DNA of 64,000 nt from Arenicellales bacterium (GTDB lineage Bacteria > Pseudomonadota > Gammaproteobacteria > Arenicellales > JAJDZL01), in NCBI GenBank assembly GCA_965220395.1, contig CBDCPT010000004.1, positions 647,433-711,432 of the forward strand, given 5' to 3'. A program made the position numbers and the translations under genes. This document shows, piece by piece, positions 19,677 to 29,914 of this stretch. The notes below the pieces were generated by a model. It was given only the letters and a program-made list of their open reading frames with translations. It was not told the DNA's origin and searched no databases. Within the stretch, counting starts at the first letter, position 1, and every line of letters begins with the position of its first letter.

Positions 19677-20927
19677 ATGGCAATACAAGACAAATATATT
19701 CCTAGGCTGATAACATCTGCCATACAGGAAGCACTGTCGGATACGCCCGTCGTTTGTCTCCTTGGACCGAGGCAAAGTGGGAAAACAACATTAGTCCAGC
19801 ATCAGTTTCCAGATCGACCGTATACGAGTTTGGATTCGAAGAATGCATACTTTCTGGCATCAACAGACCCTGAAGGATTCATAAAGAGATACACGGGTCA
19901 GGTGACAATTGATGAAGTTCAAAAAGTTCCGGAATTGCTTACCGCAATTAAGCTATCTGTAGATCAAAATCGAAAACCTGGACGATTTCTATTGACAGGT
20001 TCGGCAAATTTGCTGTTGCTTCCGTACGTTACAGAATCTCTGGCGGGGCGTATGGAAATTATCCAACTGTACCCGCTGAGCGAAGCCGAAAAATCACAAG
20101 CACCCGGTCAATTTGTGTATGACTTGGTCAACGGAACATTGAAATCACCAATTGAATATGATAAACAACCGTCAGCAGATTTGGCTGTTGTCAAGCGTCT
20201 CCTGACCGGCGGATATCCAGAGGTTCTTACGCGCAGCCTCAAGCGTGCTCGACAGTGGCATAAACATTACATCAACAACATTATTGAACGGGATGTTCAT
20301 AGTGTTACGACACAAAGAAACATCTACCAATTACGGCGCTTGTTGGAATTGTGTGCACTGCAATGCGGGAGACTGCTGAACATTAACGCCTTGGCAAACA
20401 ATCTTGGGATACATCGGAACACAGTTGAGCAGAACATTTTGTTGCTTGAACGCCTTTTTTTGATTCGACGCTTTCCAGCCTGGCACTCTAACAAATCTAA
20501 ACGATTGATCAAATCGCCAAAGCTACATATCGTTGATAGTGGGCTTGCGGGCATGCTGTCTGAACTGGCTTTGGACGACTGGTATGAGAATAGAGAATAC
20601 ATGGGCCATATTCTGGAATCATTTGTAATCCAGCAAATAGTTGCGCAAGCCGGATGGACAGAACCGGATTTGCGATTCTGGCACTACCGAGACAAAGATC
20701 AAGTGGAGGTTGATATTGTCGTTACTCACGGAAGAAAAACATGGGGTATTGAAGTCAAAGCGTCGACAACGCTGGGAAAACAGGATAGTTCAGGACTTGT
20801 AAGGTTGGCAGATCAATGTGGAAAAGACTTCCAACAAGGGGTAGTTCTTTACAACGGCAGCAGCATTGTTCCACTCGGTGATAAACGGATTTTAGCGATA
20901 CCCTTGAGTGAGTTGTGGATGCGATAG
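19677..20927 (+). CDS. AAA+ ATPase with DUF4143 C-terminal domain
   Basis: 416 aa. Walker A GPRQSGKTT, and a DUF4143-like C-terminal half with a restriction-endonuclease-like E-V-K segment (GIEVKAS). Confidence 0.75.
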   Translation: MAIQDKYIPRLITSAIQEALSDTPVVCLLGPRQSGKTTLVQHQFPDRPYTSLDSKNAYFLASTDPEGFIKRYTGQVTIDEVQKVPELLTAIKLSVDQNRKPGRFLLTGSANLLLLPYVTESLAGRMEIIQLYPLSEAEKSQAPGQFVYDLVNGTLKSPIEYDKQPSADLAVVKRLLTGGYPEVLTRSLKRARQWHKHYINNIIERDVHSVTTQRNIYQLRRLLELCALQCGRLLNINALANNLGIHRNTVEQNILLLERLFLIRRFPAWHSNKSKRLIKSPKLHIVDSGLAGMLSELALDDWYENREYMGHILESFVIQQIVAQAGWTEPDLRFWHYRDKDQVEVDIVVTHGRKTWGIEVKASTTLGKQDSSGLVRLADQCGKDFQQGVVLYNGSSIVPLGDKRILAIPLSELWMR

Positions 20928-20949
20928 TAGAGTCGACTACTGGCGCGGC

Positions 20950-22926
20950 GTAAGTTAGGACAGTGGGGGAAACTGTTGCTGGCGGTTTTCACCAAATGCC
21001 AGTGCCTCACTCCACGCCATATTACCCGTTTCCAGTAGCCGCTCATCAAACCGGACGTGCGGTTTTCCCGCATCCGGCTTTCAGACGAAATCATGCCTTC
21101 GCCCACGGAAAGCTCGTAGTCGTACTTGCAAGACGAGTCAAGCCGTACTGCTCGTACAGCCGAGCATCGGGAAAAAGCACGTATTTCCCGCTTCTCACCT
21201 TGTGTTTACGACATAGCCACTGACGAAGCCGTCGCATCGTGTGCATATCCACTGCGGTATAGGCTGGCAAAACTTGTCCCAGGTAAAAATAATTCCCCCA
21301 TCCAGTTAACATCTGGTTGAGGCGCTTTACCATTTGTTCAGATTCCACAGTCCCATAACAACTCGCGGTTTGCTCACTGATTTTGCGGCATATACCTTGA
21401 ACGCTCGACTTGCTCGGACGAGTGCCGATGTAAGCGCCTTTTCCGTTGTGTCGATAATTCGTTCCAATACGGTAGCCCAAAAATTCCAAAGCCTCATCCG
21501 GACAACGCAAGCATCGGGTCTTTTGCATATTCACTGGCAATTTCAGATGCTCCATGATTCGGGTAAACGCTGACAGCATTTGTGCCGCCGGCGCTTTGCC
21601 CAAGATACAGATGTCATCTGCATAATTGACAATCTGTGCCTGAAACTTACGGGCAAAGCCCAATTGTTTCCAACCCAGAATGAAGCGCCTCATGTAGATA
21701 TTGCTTATCAGCGGCGAAATTGGACAACCCTGCGGGATGCCCTTACGCTGCTTCTTCGCCCGGTTCGTACGACGTCTGCCACCCTTGCCGTCATCCTGTT
21801 CTACCGGCATTTCCAGCCACGACTTGATGAGTCCGAGCATTGCGCCATCGCTGATGCGACGCGCCAAACTCTTCATCAGTTCAGCATGGGGAATTTCACC
21901 AAAATAGTTGGATAAATCTGCATCTGCCACTTCATGATGCCCGCTGTTCAGCAGCGAATGAACACGAATAACCGCATCATTCGCACTCCTGCCCGCCCGA
22001 TAGGCATATTGCTCCTCGCCCAGATCGGCTTCAAAGATCGGCGATAAAACTAACATCGCCGAGGTTTGCACCACCCGATCGCGCAAGCAGGGAATGCCCA
22101 ATGGACGAAACTTGCCTTTCTGTTTCTTCGGAATTAATACCTCTCGCACCGCTCGCGGTGTATAGGTCTTGTCTTTGAGTTCCCGCGCCAGTTCCCCAAG
22201 CCACCTCTCCACGCCATATGCCTCGATGTCGCTGATTGTCTCACCGTCCACGCCAGCTGCACCGCCATTGCGGCGCACCTGCCGATACGCTTCTGTAAGA
22301 AAATCTGCTCGATACAACTTGTCATACAATGCATGAAACCTCAACTCAGGTTCTTCCTTCGCTTTGGCATGTAGTATGCGCTGTAGCCTCTGAACCTTAT
22401 CTGACCCTGTTAGATTTATATCAGTTGTCATGTCCTTTCTTCCTTTACATACTGCTTTCGACTCAAGGCTCCTTTCCTACACAGGCATTACCCTGTATCT
22501 TCGGTACTACGAGCCTATCCGCCACCCTGACAACCCAGTCTCGTCCTCACGGATTACCGGTTTGGTGTGTGCTGCATCATTGTCAGGGCTTCCCGTGTTG
22601 CCACTTTACTCATCTTCCATGCGTGCCAGCGCCATTACCCCGACGGAAATACATCGGTGCTCGTATCGCTCACTTCCCCATGTATCGTCGGTCTTCTTCC
22701 AAATCGCGACAGAATCGACTTCCGCATTAAATGTTTCGAGGCCTGTTCGACGTTCACTCGCGTTCCAGCCCGCATGTTCGCTGAATTGCCTTACGCAATC
22801 CTTCTAGCCAAAGTGCTTCAAACCATTTCGTTACCTCCTTGATCCGCTTTAGCCGCTACCAACCGGAGCGACAGTTGTTGGGTGGGATTTGCACCCACCA
22901 GAGTAAAGCGCCTTTCCACGGCGCAC
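20950..22926 (-). mobile_element. Bacterial group II intron (about 1977 nt) with intron-encoded RT/maturase
   Basis: On the minus strand the 5' end reads GTGCGCC (complement of 22920..22926). A domain V-like hairpin GCCGGATGCGGGAAAACCGCACGTCCGGTT lies at about 21049..21082, just after the ORF stop. The domain VI-like 3' end is ...ACTGTCCTAACTTAC, with an A at -7. The 3' boundary is approximate. Confidence 0.8.
21091..22431 (-). CDS. Group II intron reverse transcriptase/maturase
   Basis: 446 aa. RT motifs include YADD (VNYADDICILG), followed by a maturase X domain. No HNH/En domain is recognisable at the C-terminus. Confidence 0.9.
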   Translation of the reverse strand: MTTDINLTGSDKVQRLQRILHAKAKEEPELRFHALYDKLYRADFLTEAYRQVRRNGGAAGVDGETISDIEAYGVERWLGELARELKDKTYTPRAVREVLIPKKQKGKFRPLGIPCLRDRVVQTSAMLVLSPIFEADLGEEQYAYRAGRSANDAVIRVHSLLNSGHHEVADADLSNYFGEIPHAELMKSLARRISDGAMLGLIKSWLEMPVEQDDGKGGRRRTNRAKKQRKGIPQGCPISPLISNIYMRRFILGWKQLGFARKFQAQIVNYADDICILGKAPAAQMLSAFTRIMEHLKLPVNMQKTRCLRCPDEALEFLGYRIGTNYRHNGKGAYIGTRPSKSSVQGICRKISEQTASCYGTVESEQMVKRLNQMLTGWGNYFYLGQVLPAYTAVDMHTMRRLRQWLCRKHKVRSGKYVLFPDARLYEQYGLTRLASTTTSFPWAKA

Positions 22927-22944
22927 ACGATTTGAAATTTAATT

Positions 22945-22973
22945 GAGAAAAATGCGACCGCTTCCCGCGGTTG
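22945..22973 (-). terminator. Putative intrinsic terminator of the ABC-ATPase gene
   Basis: On the minus strand the hairpin ACCGC-GGGAA-GCGGT (22957..22971) is followed by CGCATTTTTCTC. The stem is short, so confidence is moderate. Confidence 0.4.
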
Positions 22974-23035
22974 AAACAAGAACCCTCAGGAGTTACCAGG
23001 GTCTGGATGATGATCTGGAAGTTCTGTCAGAGATT

Positions 23036-23824
23036 CTACTCATCGTCCGGTATCGCTTGAAAATATCCATTCTCCGAAACCACTTTCATAGCAGTTCCAT
23101 AAAGATTGCTCAATTTTCTATCCGTCAGAAGATTTTGTTTTTCTCCAATCTCTTCAATCCGTCCCTTGTTCAATAGCACTACGAAAGTCACTTCCGGCGG
23201 AATTTCATGGATGTGGTGAGTAACAAGTACTATCTGTTTACCAGAATGCATTAGATTACGAATGATTCGCAAATAGAGAAACGTCGCATTCAGATCCAGT
23301 CCACTAGTCGGTTCGTCCAAGACCAGAGTAGATGGTTCGCTGACTAATGCGCGAGCGAGCAGAAACCTGCGCTGTTCTCCAGTAGACATGCGAGAATAAA
23401 GTGCATCACTCAAATGATCGATATGCAGTTCAATCATTACCCGTTTAGCCAGATCGAGTGATGAAGAATCATAGTCCTGATGACTATACACCCCTACACT
23501 GGAGTGAAATCCGGACAGAATGACTTCGATTCCCTTCACATGACCCAGATACCGATTCTGCAGGTCCTGAGAAATGAATCCCAAATTACGGCGCAGTTCC
23601 CAAACATTCCACTTTTCTTGACCCATTATCCGTACCCAAGAATTTTCACAGCGCACAGGATACAGTTCTCGCATGAGCACCTTCAACAGCGTTGTTTTAC
23701 CGGCTCCATTGGGACCCAATATTGCTATATTGCGATCTATAGGCAATTGCAATGAAAAACGATCCAGAACTTTCGATCGACCCCGGTATACCGTGGTGTT
23801 GTGCATGTCAATCAGATATTTCAT
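23036..23824 (-). CDS. ABC-type ATPase (orphan, ModF-like)
   Basis: 262 aa with Walker A GPNGAGKTT, signature MSTGEQRR and Walker B LVLDEPTSGLD. No adjacent permease gene. Confidence 0.85.
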   Translation of the reverse strand: MKYLIDMHNTTVYRGRSKVLDRFSLQLPIDRNIAILGPNGAGKTTLLKVLMRELYPVRCENSWVRIMGQEKWNVWELRRNLGFISQDLQNRYLGHVKGIEVILSGFHSSVGVYSHQDYDSSSLDLAKRVMIELHIDHLSDALYSRMSTGEQRRFLLARALVSEPSTLVLDEPTSGLDLNATFLYLRIIRNLMHSGKQIVLVTHHIHEIPPEVTFVVLLNKGRIEEIGEKQNLLTDRKLSNLYGTAMKVVSENGYFQAIPDDE

Positions 23825-23981
23825 GTCTGCCCGGTTGAATTAACTCCACTAAACACATATATGTTGTACTGTTGTCATATTCTTTGTAATCTTGATATAT
23901 GGTGTACTTCCACACAGTCACTGTGAAATGTAAATGCTGCTTGACAGATACCCAATTACAGATTCAGTTAACATTGGTTAA

Positions 23982-24270
<289 letters not shown>

Positions 24271-24730
24271 ATTTTGGAAACTGATGAGCGGTCAGGGATT
24301 CAAATTCAGGACGAACTTGATTTGAGCTTCGTGCTCATTGTAGTAGATCATATATCGCACTTGCGAAAAGGCTAAGCGCTATTCCGACCCAAAATCTGCG
24401 GTGAGTCTTTGATTTGCTCTTATTGTCCAATTCCGAATTACGCCATTTGCGCGGCGCAGGTTGAAGTGTTGGGGCGCTTCGGTTCAATCGCGGTAACACT
24501 GCCACCCGAAGGGCCGGCCACGGTAATCGATTCCACATTTCCGGTTTCAGGTCTGAGCGATGTTGAATCTTCAGACCCGTCCTTTGAACGAAGTTGTGTC
24601 GGAGGCTTCTTTGCAATGAGCTCGGCCGTTTCTTTCGCAGTTTCTTCAGACACTCTCCGCCACCGGACGGTGTATCCGAGCTCACCAGCGGGAACCGCAC
24701 TGGTTCTCCAGTCGAGGAGCTTGAGACAAT

Positions 24731-25081
24731 TCACGCTTCGACTCGGAGCCTTCCTTCCCGCTCGGAACGGGACTTTTGAATGACGATCTTCACGTCACGT
24801 CCAAGCGCCATCAACAAACGTAGCAGGCGCTCCACGGAATAGTCTTGAAATTGTCCCCGCAGGAGGCGTGAAACATCGGGCTGCGACAAACCCAGCAATT
24901 TTGCCGCCTCGACCTGCTTAAGCCCGCGCTGACGAATGATCAGTTCAATTCGGGTGACGAGCTCGGACTTCAGCAAATGGGTGTCAGAGTCGGGGAATCC
25001 CAAATCTGCAAACACGTTTCCACTGCCGCGTTCAACCATTGTTTCGTCTGTCTTCATTGGTCTGCCCTCCTCCATAGGCAT
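24731..25081 (-). CDS. XRE-family HTH antitoxin (HigA-like)
   Basis: GSGNVFADLGF N-terminal motif plus an HTH (QVEAAKLLGLSQPDVSRLLRG). The true start is probably an internal Met (25057 or 25039). Overlaps the toxin gene. Confidence 0.75.
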   Translation of the reverse strand: MPMEEGRPMKTDETMVERGSGNVFADLGFPDSDTHLLKSELVTRIELIIRQRGLKQVEAAKLLGLSQPDVSRLLRGQFQDYSVERLLRLLMALGRDVKIVIQKSRSEREGRLRVEA

Positions 25082-25436
25082 TGGTGTAATGGTGCTGCGC
25101 CGTCTTCAGTCTATGTTTGACGCGATCAATCTCCTGCTTCGGTGTTTCAATGCCCCGTTTGGATTTCTTTTGGAACGCATGCAGGACATAGATGGCCGAC
25201 CTGAACTGGACCGTGTATACGGTCCGATAGGCGTCACCAGCTCCGCGTGAGACGATTTCCAAGACGTTGGCACCTGCGCCCAGCCCCTTAAGCGGTTTGG
25301 CATCGCGGTGCTTGAGTCCCATTTGCGCCTGATGCAGAGCAATGCCGGTATGACGCCGCTCAGCAGCTGGAAATTTTCTCAGGTCAGCCCTGCTTGAACC
25401 AACCCATTCGACAGGCTTCAGCGCATCTGTAATCAT
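25032..25436 (-). CDS. RelE/HigB-type toxin (Gp49/DUF891-like)
   Basis: 134 aa. EWVGSSRADLRKFP and YRTVYTVQF..AIYVLHAFQKKS motifs are typical of phage Gp49-like HigB toxins. Lies upstream of the HTH antitoxin. Confidence 0.7.
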   Translation of the reverse strand: MITDALKPVEWVGSSRADLRKFPAAERRHTGIALHQAQMGLKHRDAKPLKGLGAGANVLEIVSRGAGDAYRTVYTVQFRSAIYVLHAFQKKSKRGIETPKQEIDRVKHRLKTAQHHYTNAYGGGQTNEDRRNNG

Positions 25437-25689
25437 ACTTAATCAGTTGGATTATAGTAATTTTACCATATTTGCACAAGTGTTGTCCGCAGCGCATGTT
25501 AAACACAATGCCCGATAGTGTTTCAATTATAAATTCAGCGAATTTTGCCGACTGTTGGTTACCGAAAACGCACACGGCGCGGACAATAAAATCAATCATC
25601 AATTCGAATGTATTCTCGCATATTGGAAAGATCGGGAATTGGGCTAGATAATGTCACTCTCGACTTCTTTGTTTAGTTCGTTTGTGTTC

Positions 25690-25917
25690 TCAGGCAAGAC
25701 GTTTGAACCCATGACTGATAAGACGGGATTTTATGGAACGTCCGATGATCTGGCCGGGTAGAACTGGGACAGCATTACCGATCAGTCGACCTAGTTCCTT
25801 GATGCGAATTCATTCACCAGGCTGAACAAACTTATAGTCTGTGGGGAACGACTGGAGAATGGCCTCTTCATGCAGCGATAGCGCACGGTCCTGTTCCGGA
25901 TGATCAATTCGATCGTT
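25690..25917 (-). pseudogene. C-terminal fragment of a DNA (cytosine-5) methyltransferase
   Basis: Hand translation: NDRIDHPEQDRALSLHEEAILQSFPTDYKFVQPGE*IRIKELGRLIGNAVPVLPGQIIGRSI. It contains the Dcm motifs SFP.DY.F and IGNAVP and one in-frame TGA. The N-terminal part is cut off exactly at repeat copy 2. Confidence 0.7.
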
Positions 25918-25990
25918 ACCGAAACCCAATCTCAACTGCTAGACAAGTACAGGCAAATTTCCTCTGAATCTGCAGCTACCGTGGCTTGAA
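25918..25990 (+). repeat. Direct repeat copy 2 (73 bp), an orphan yfhL 3' end
   Basis: See 24198..24270. The 5 mismatches include 2 synonymous and 2 amino-acid-changing codon differences. Confidence 0.9.
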
Positions 25991-25996
25991 CTTCAA

Positions 25997-26812
25997 TCAA
26001 GTCTGGCATTTACCACAGTAATAGGTAGATCGCTGTCCAATTACTCTCCTGCTGATAGAAGTCGCACACAGTTTACATGGTATTCCTTCGCGTTCATAAA
26101 CTAGCAAATCCTGACTGAAATACCCGGGTTCACCAGTTCCATTCACAAAATCTCTCAACGTCGTCCCACCCGCTGCGATCGCGTCGCTAATTGTATTCTG
26201 AATGCATTTTGCCAGTAGGCGGTATCGGCCAACGGAAATTCGGTGTACGCGTCTGATTGGATTGATTCCGGCACGAAACAACGCTTCCGACGCATAGATG
26301 TTTCCGACACCAACAACAACCCGGCTATCCATAATCATGCTCTTTACCGCAAGTCTGCGATGCCGTGAAATTGCATAGAGATATTCACCATCAAAATCCC
26401 CGCTTAAAGGTTCCGGTCCAAGATTGGCCAGCAGATGAAACTCAGCGGGGTCACCTTCAATCCATAGAACGCATCCAAATCGTCTCGGATCTCTCAATCT
26501 AAGGAGCAGGTCGTTGCTGATTTCCAATTCGACATGATCGTGTGTGCCCGGCGGTTCATCGCTTGATGACAATCGTATGCTACCGGACATTCCAAGATGC
26601 AAGAGAATATGCCCAGTGCCAACTTCTATAAGAATATATTTCGCGCGTCTGCGAACGCTTACAATGCGATTGCCGACAACTTGGCTTCCAAGTGTGTAAG
26701 GAACAGGCCACCGGAGTCTCGAATCACGAACAACGAGCTTTGTTACTTTGTTTCCTGTAATGAGTGGTGAAATTCCGCGTACAGTGGTTTCTACTTCGGG
26801 TAGTTCAGGCAT
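25997..26812 (-). CDS. mutM: Formamidopyrimidine-DNA glycosylase
   Basis: 271 aa with the MPELPEVE N-terminus and a C-terminal zinc finger (CKLC ... CGKC). Confidence 0.9.
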   Translation of the reverse strand: MPELPEVETTVRGISPLITGNKVTKLVVRDSRLRWPVPYTLGSQVVGNRIVSVRRRAKYILIEVGTGHILLHLGMSGSIRLSSSDEPPGTHDHVELEISNDLLLRLRDPRRFGCVLWIEGDPAEFHLLANLGPEPLSGDFDGEYLYAISRHRRLAVKSMIMDSRVVVGVGNIYASEALFRAGINPIRRVHRISVGRYRLLAKCIQNTISDAIAAGGTTLRDFVNGTGEPGYFSQDLLVYEREGIPCKLCATSISRRVIGQRSTYYCGKCQT

Positions 26813-27424
26813 AAATTAAATTATGGCGGTAATATACATTCGTCACCAAATAAAAATCGAATGATTGTTTTCTTGACTTAATAGGTTTTAAAACGTATGT
26901 GGTTGATATCATTGACTCAGAAATCAAAATTGAGCACCAAATTTAGATTTTCCAGCACAAGTCGAATCTGAATCCGAATCAAGGACATGCATCGTTTAAT
27001 GAGTACTGGTTCTTTTTCTCATGGGCTAGGTCTGAAATGGAGCGGTGCTCCACTGCAGACTGACACAGCGATAGATACGTCTGGCATCATATAGGTCGTC
27101 AAGATAAAACTCTAGTGACATCATCAAGATAAGACAAGGTTTCGCGAGTAGGCGGGGTGCAAGATGCCGAATCGGGCTAGTGCACAAGCGAAAATGAGGG
27201 CGGCGCTACGGGATTTTCACAGAAAGGTAAAAAGAAACAAATATCTAGTACCTTTTTTAAATTTTAGGTGAATAATATCAATAACTTATAATTTAATTCC
27301 TACGAAGTGAAGAAACCTGACGCCAAAATCTGCTCTACATTACTGTTTACAGCAATGCTAAAAAGGCGTGCTTAAATTTGCCTATGCTGGATCGTGTTGA
27401 TTGCTGGAACCTATATAAAAGGTG

Positions 27425-28459
27425 CTAGTGGAGGTCACGCCGAAGTTTCTCCACATGCTCAGGAGTCAATTTGGTGCATTGACAAATCATGCTGATATCA
27501 ACGCCTTCCCGAATCATCTCCCTAGCAACCTTATTGATCCCTTCTTCAAGCCCTTCTTCACGTCCTTCTTCACGTCCTTCTTTCCTTTCCATTTCCCGAG
27601 CGTACTGTACTATCGACATGATTCTCTTGTCCTCCTCTATGGTTTCCCGTTCAATTTTTTTAATCAATTCCAAACTAAATGCCCTGTTATATTGTTGAAT
27701 ATAACTCACCGCTTTTTCAATCAAATCTCTTCGGTCGCTCTCATCGAGTTTGGAACCGATTCTGAAAAGTTCCTTCACTGTTTCTTCGTCCACCGACCAT
27801 ATTTTAGACAGTATAAACAGTATGCACCCTGTAACCAAGTGATTCGTCTTTTGTTGGACATCTTCATCCCGTAAATTCAATAACTTGCAAGTAAAGTCGA
27901 GAATATGTGTTCCGAACGCCTGATTGAGGGCCGGAGATATCTCCGGCAGAGAATCCTGAAATCTCAAGGCATTGTTCCACTCCTTTTGCTTACCATGATA
28001 AATCAGAATCGGAATGATCGAACTATTCTGGCGACTGTACATGCGAGTCTGGTATTCCAGCATCTGCTGCAATAAATTCGCATCCTGGCCACTTTTGTGT
28101 TCAAGCAGTAAAAATATCTGCACATCTTTTTCAGAATCCTTCGACTTCACCGAAAAAATCAGATCTGCTCTCTTCTCGCGTAACTCTTCGTCCCAAAATT
28201 CGGTAAATTCCGCATGGACGGTTTCCCAGTCAAATAATCCGAATTCGTACGGGGTGAAGATAAGCCGAAATATATCCATGGAATTTCGTTCTTTGGAATA
28301 AACATCACGAAAGAGTCTATCATGAAGGTTTATGGTGGCGCTTTTTTGCGGCTCTAGGGTGTCGGTAATATTTGTCTCCTCTACGCTCTTTGAGGCTGTT
28401 ATAAGGGATCGATGAGGATGCGTTGAAAGTTCTTGGATACTGACAATCGAAAACAGCAC
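27425..28459 (-). CDS. Rpn/YhgA-like recombination-promoting nuclease (PD-(D/E)XK, Transposase_31 family)
   Basis: 344 aa. ADLIFSV ... LLLEHKS core, and a C-terminal EGREEGREEG repeat followed by a helical tail, as typical of this family. Confidence 0.7.
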   Translation of the reverse strand: MLFSIVSIQELSTHPHRSLITASKSVEETNITDTLEPQKSATINLHDRLFRDVYSKERNSMDIFRLIFTPYEFGLFDWETVHAEFTEFWDEELREKRADLIFSVKSKDSEKDVQIFLLLEHKSGQDANLLQQMLEYQTRMYSRQNSSIIPILIYHGKQKEWNNALRFQDSLPEISPALNQAFGTHILDFTCKLLNLRDEDVQQKTNHLVTGCILFILSKIWSVDEETVKELFRIGSKLDESDRRDLIEKAVSYIQQYNRAFSLELIKKIERETIEEDKRIMSIVQYAREMERKEGREEGREEGLEEGINKVAREMIREGVDISMICQCTKLTPEHVEKLRRDLH

Positions 28460-28660
28460 TTTGAAGCCAGTGTATACTCTGCTCTACTTCGATAATGTAG
28501 GGTTCAAGTGGGAACTAATCAAGGAGAGAATGTGAAATTTTGCGCTTGGGGAAAATTAACAGACGATTCGGAGGTGGTCGGAAAGAATCGCACTGTACAG
28601 ATTAAAGTATACCGCTTATTCGTTTAATCATATATTTGACGCACACCCATTTCTTCAAGC

Positions 28661-29716
28661 TTGTCTCGTTCAATGTCTGTCTTCCAAGTTACTAACCAGT
28701 CAACTGGACGAAAGTTTAGCGTTCAACCCGATGAGACTATTTTAGACTCGATATTGCGTCAGGGATTTGCAGTACCCTATAGCTGTCGCAATGGAACATG
28801 CGCTGCCTGTAAAGCATCGCTGATATCAGGAAAGGTTGTATACGACGAATATGATAAATCGGCACTATCAGACACGGAAGCCGCCGCTGGTTCAGTTCTT
28901 CTTTGTCGAGCACATCCAACTGAAGATCTGGAAATTCTCGCATCCGAGATTTCCATGCTGTCCAGCATGCACATACAGAAGCTTCCTTGTCGGGTACAGG
29001 CATTGAATCCTCTTGCACATGACGTTATGGAAGTAAAGCTAGCGCTTCCGCGCGAAACAACCTTTGACTATCTGCCTGGACAATACATCGACATCATGAT
29101 GAGAGACGGAATACGACGTGGATTTTCTATTGCAAATTCTCCCGGCAGCAACGTACTTGATCTGCATGTGCGTTACGTCCCGAAGGGACGTTTTACAACC
29201 CATATATTTCAATCCATGAAACTTCGTGACATATTGAGGTTTGAAGGGCCGCTTGGAACTTTTTTTCTCCGAAAAGATTCCGATCGACCGATCATCTTCG
29301 TCGCTGGTGGTACCGGATTTGCGCCGTTGAACGCAATTCTAGAAGATATTTTTTCAAATCAAATCAACAGACCGATACATTTTTTCTGGGGGGTCCGTGC
29401 ATATCGGGATTTATACATGCACGAATTGGTTAGCAAATGGTCAGAACAGTATGCTTCAATTTTCAAGTTCACGCCTGTACTCTCGGAGCCCTCCCAAGAA
29501 GATAGCTGGGAGGGAGAGACTGGCTGGGTTCACGAATCAGTTTTACGACATTACCCTGACCTTGCAGGCTATGAAGTGTATGCATGTGGTCCGCCTCCCA
29601 TGATTGACGTCATTCGAACAACATTTCCCGCACACAATCTTAATCCCGACAATTTGTTTTACGATTCATTCGAATTTTCCACTGACACACTTTATCCGAG
29701 TGAATCGACAAGCTGA
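28661..29716 (+). CDS. 2Fe-2S ferredoxin fused to an FAD/NAD(P)-binding reductase (AscD / CDP-6-deoxy-hexulose reductase-like)
   Basis: 351 aa with the CRNGTCAACK plant-type 2Fe-2S motif, RGFSIAN flavin motif and GGTGFAP NAD motif. Confidence 0.8.
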   Translation: MSRSMSVFQVTNQSTGRKFSVQPDETILDSILRQGFAVPYSCRNGTCAACKASLISGKVVYDEYDKSALSDTEAAAGSVLLCRAHPTEDLEILASEISMLSSMHIQKLPCRVQALNPLAHDVMEVKLALPRETTFDYLPGQYIDIMMRDGIRRGFSIANSPGSNVLDLHVRYVPKGRFTTHIFQSMKLRDILRFEGPLGTFFLRKDSDRPIIFVAGGTGFAPLNAILEDIFSNQINRPIHFFWGVRAYRDLYMHELVSKWSEQYASIFKFTPVLSEPSQEDSWEGETGWVHESVLRHYPDLAGYEVYACGPPPMIDVIRTTFPAHNLNPDNLFYDSFEFSTDTLYPSESTS

Positions 29717-29914
29717 AATTTGCTTGAAATTAAGCCACTAACAACACTAATCACGATGGTGCATGGATCTCACCATGTACTTCAGTACTCATCAATGGCA
29801 GGCACCATTACAAGCACCTTTAGTGGTCGTTGGTAGGAATTTTCATGGCGTGCATTAGCCACACCGCTCTAAGTCGCACTATTAATATGTCCGGTTAGTC
29901 TTCTCCAAGCAATT

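Noticed and set aside
22329-22842. Three overlapping plus-strand ORFs (91-133 aa) between the RT gene and the intron 5' end.
   Set aside because: This stretch is the antisense of ribozyme domains I-IV of the group II intron. I see no coding signal.
24335-24734. Two overlapping minus-strand ORFs (98 and 121 aa) downstream of the HigA-like gene.
   Set aside because: No motifs are recognisable. They may be fragments of a decayed island gene, but I cannot assign a product or choose a frame.
26813-27424. A 600-bp non-coding gap between mutM and the Rpn gene, and other AT-rich gaps (18883..19676, 59716..60194), as possible ncRNA or tRNA loci.
   Set aside because: I found no tRNA-like T-arm or acceptor pattern, no conserved riboswitch motif and no convincing hairpin-terminator pair by eye. 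Covariance-model scans would be needed.
27540-27600. Short tandem repeats (CCTTCTTCA variants).
   Set aside because: This is the coding repeat for EGREEGREEG in the Rpn-family protein, a known feature of that family's C-terminus.
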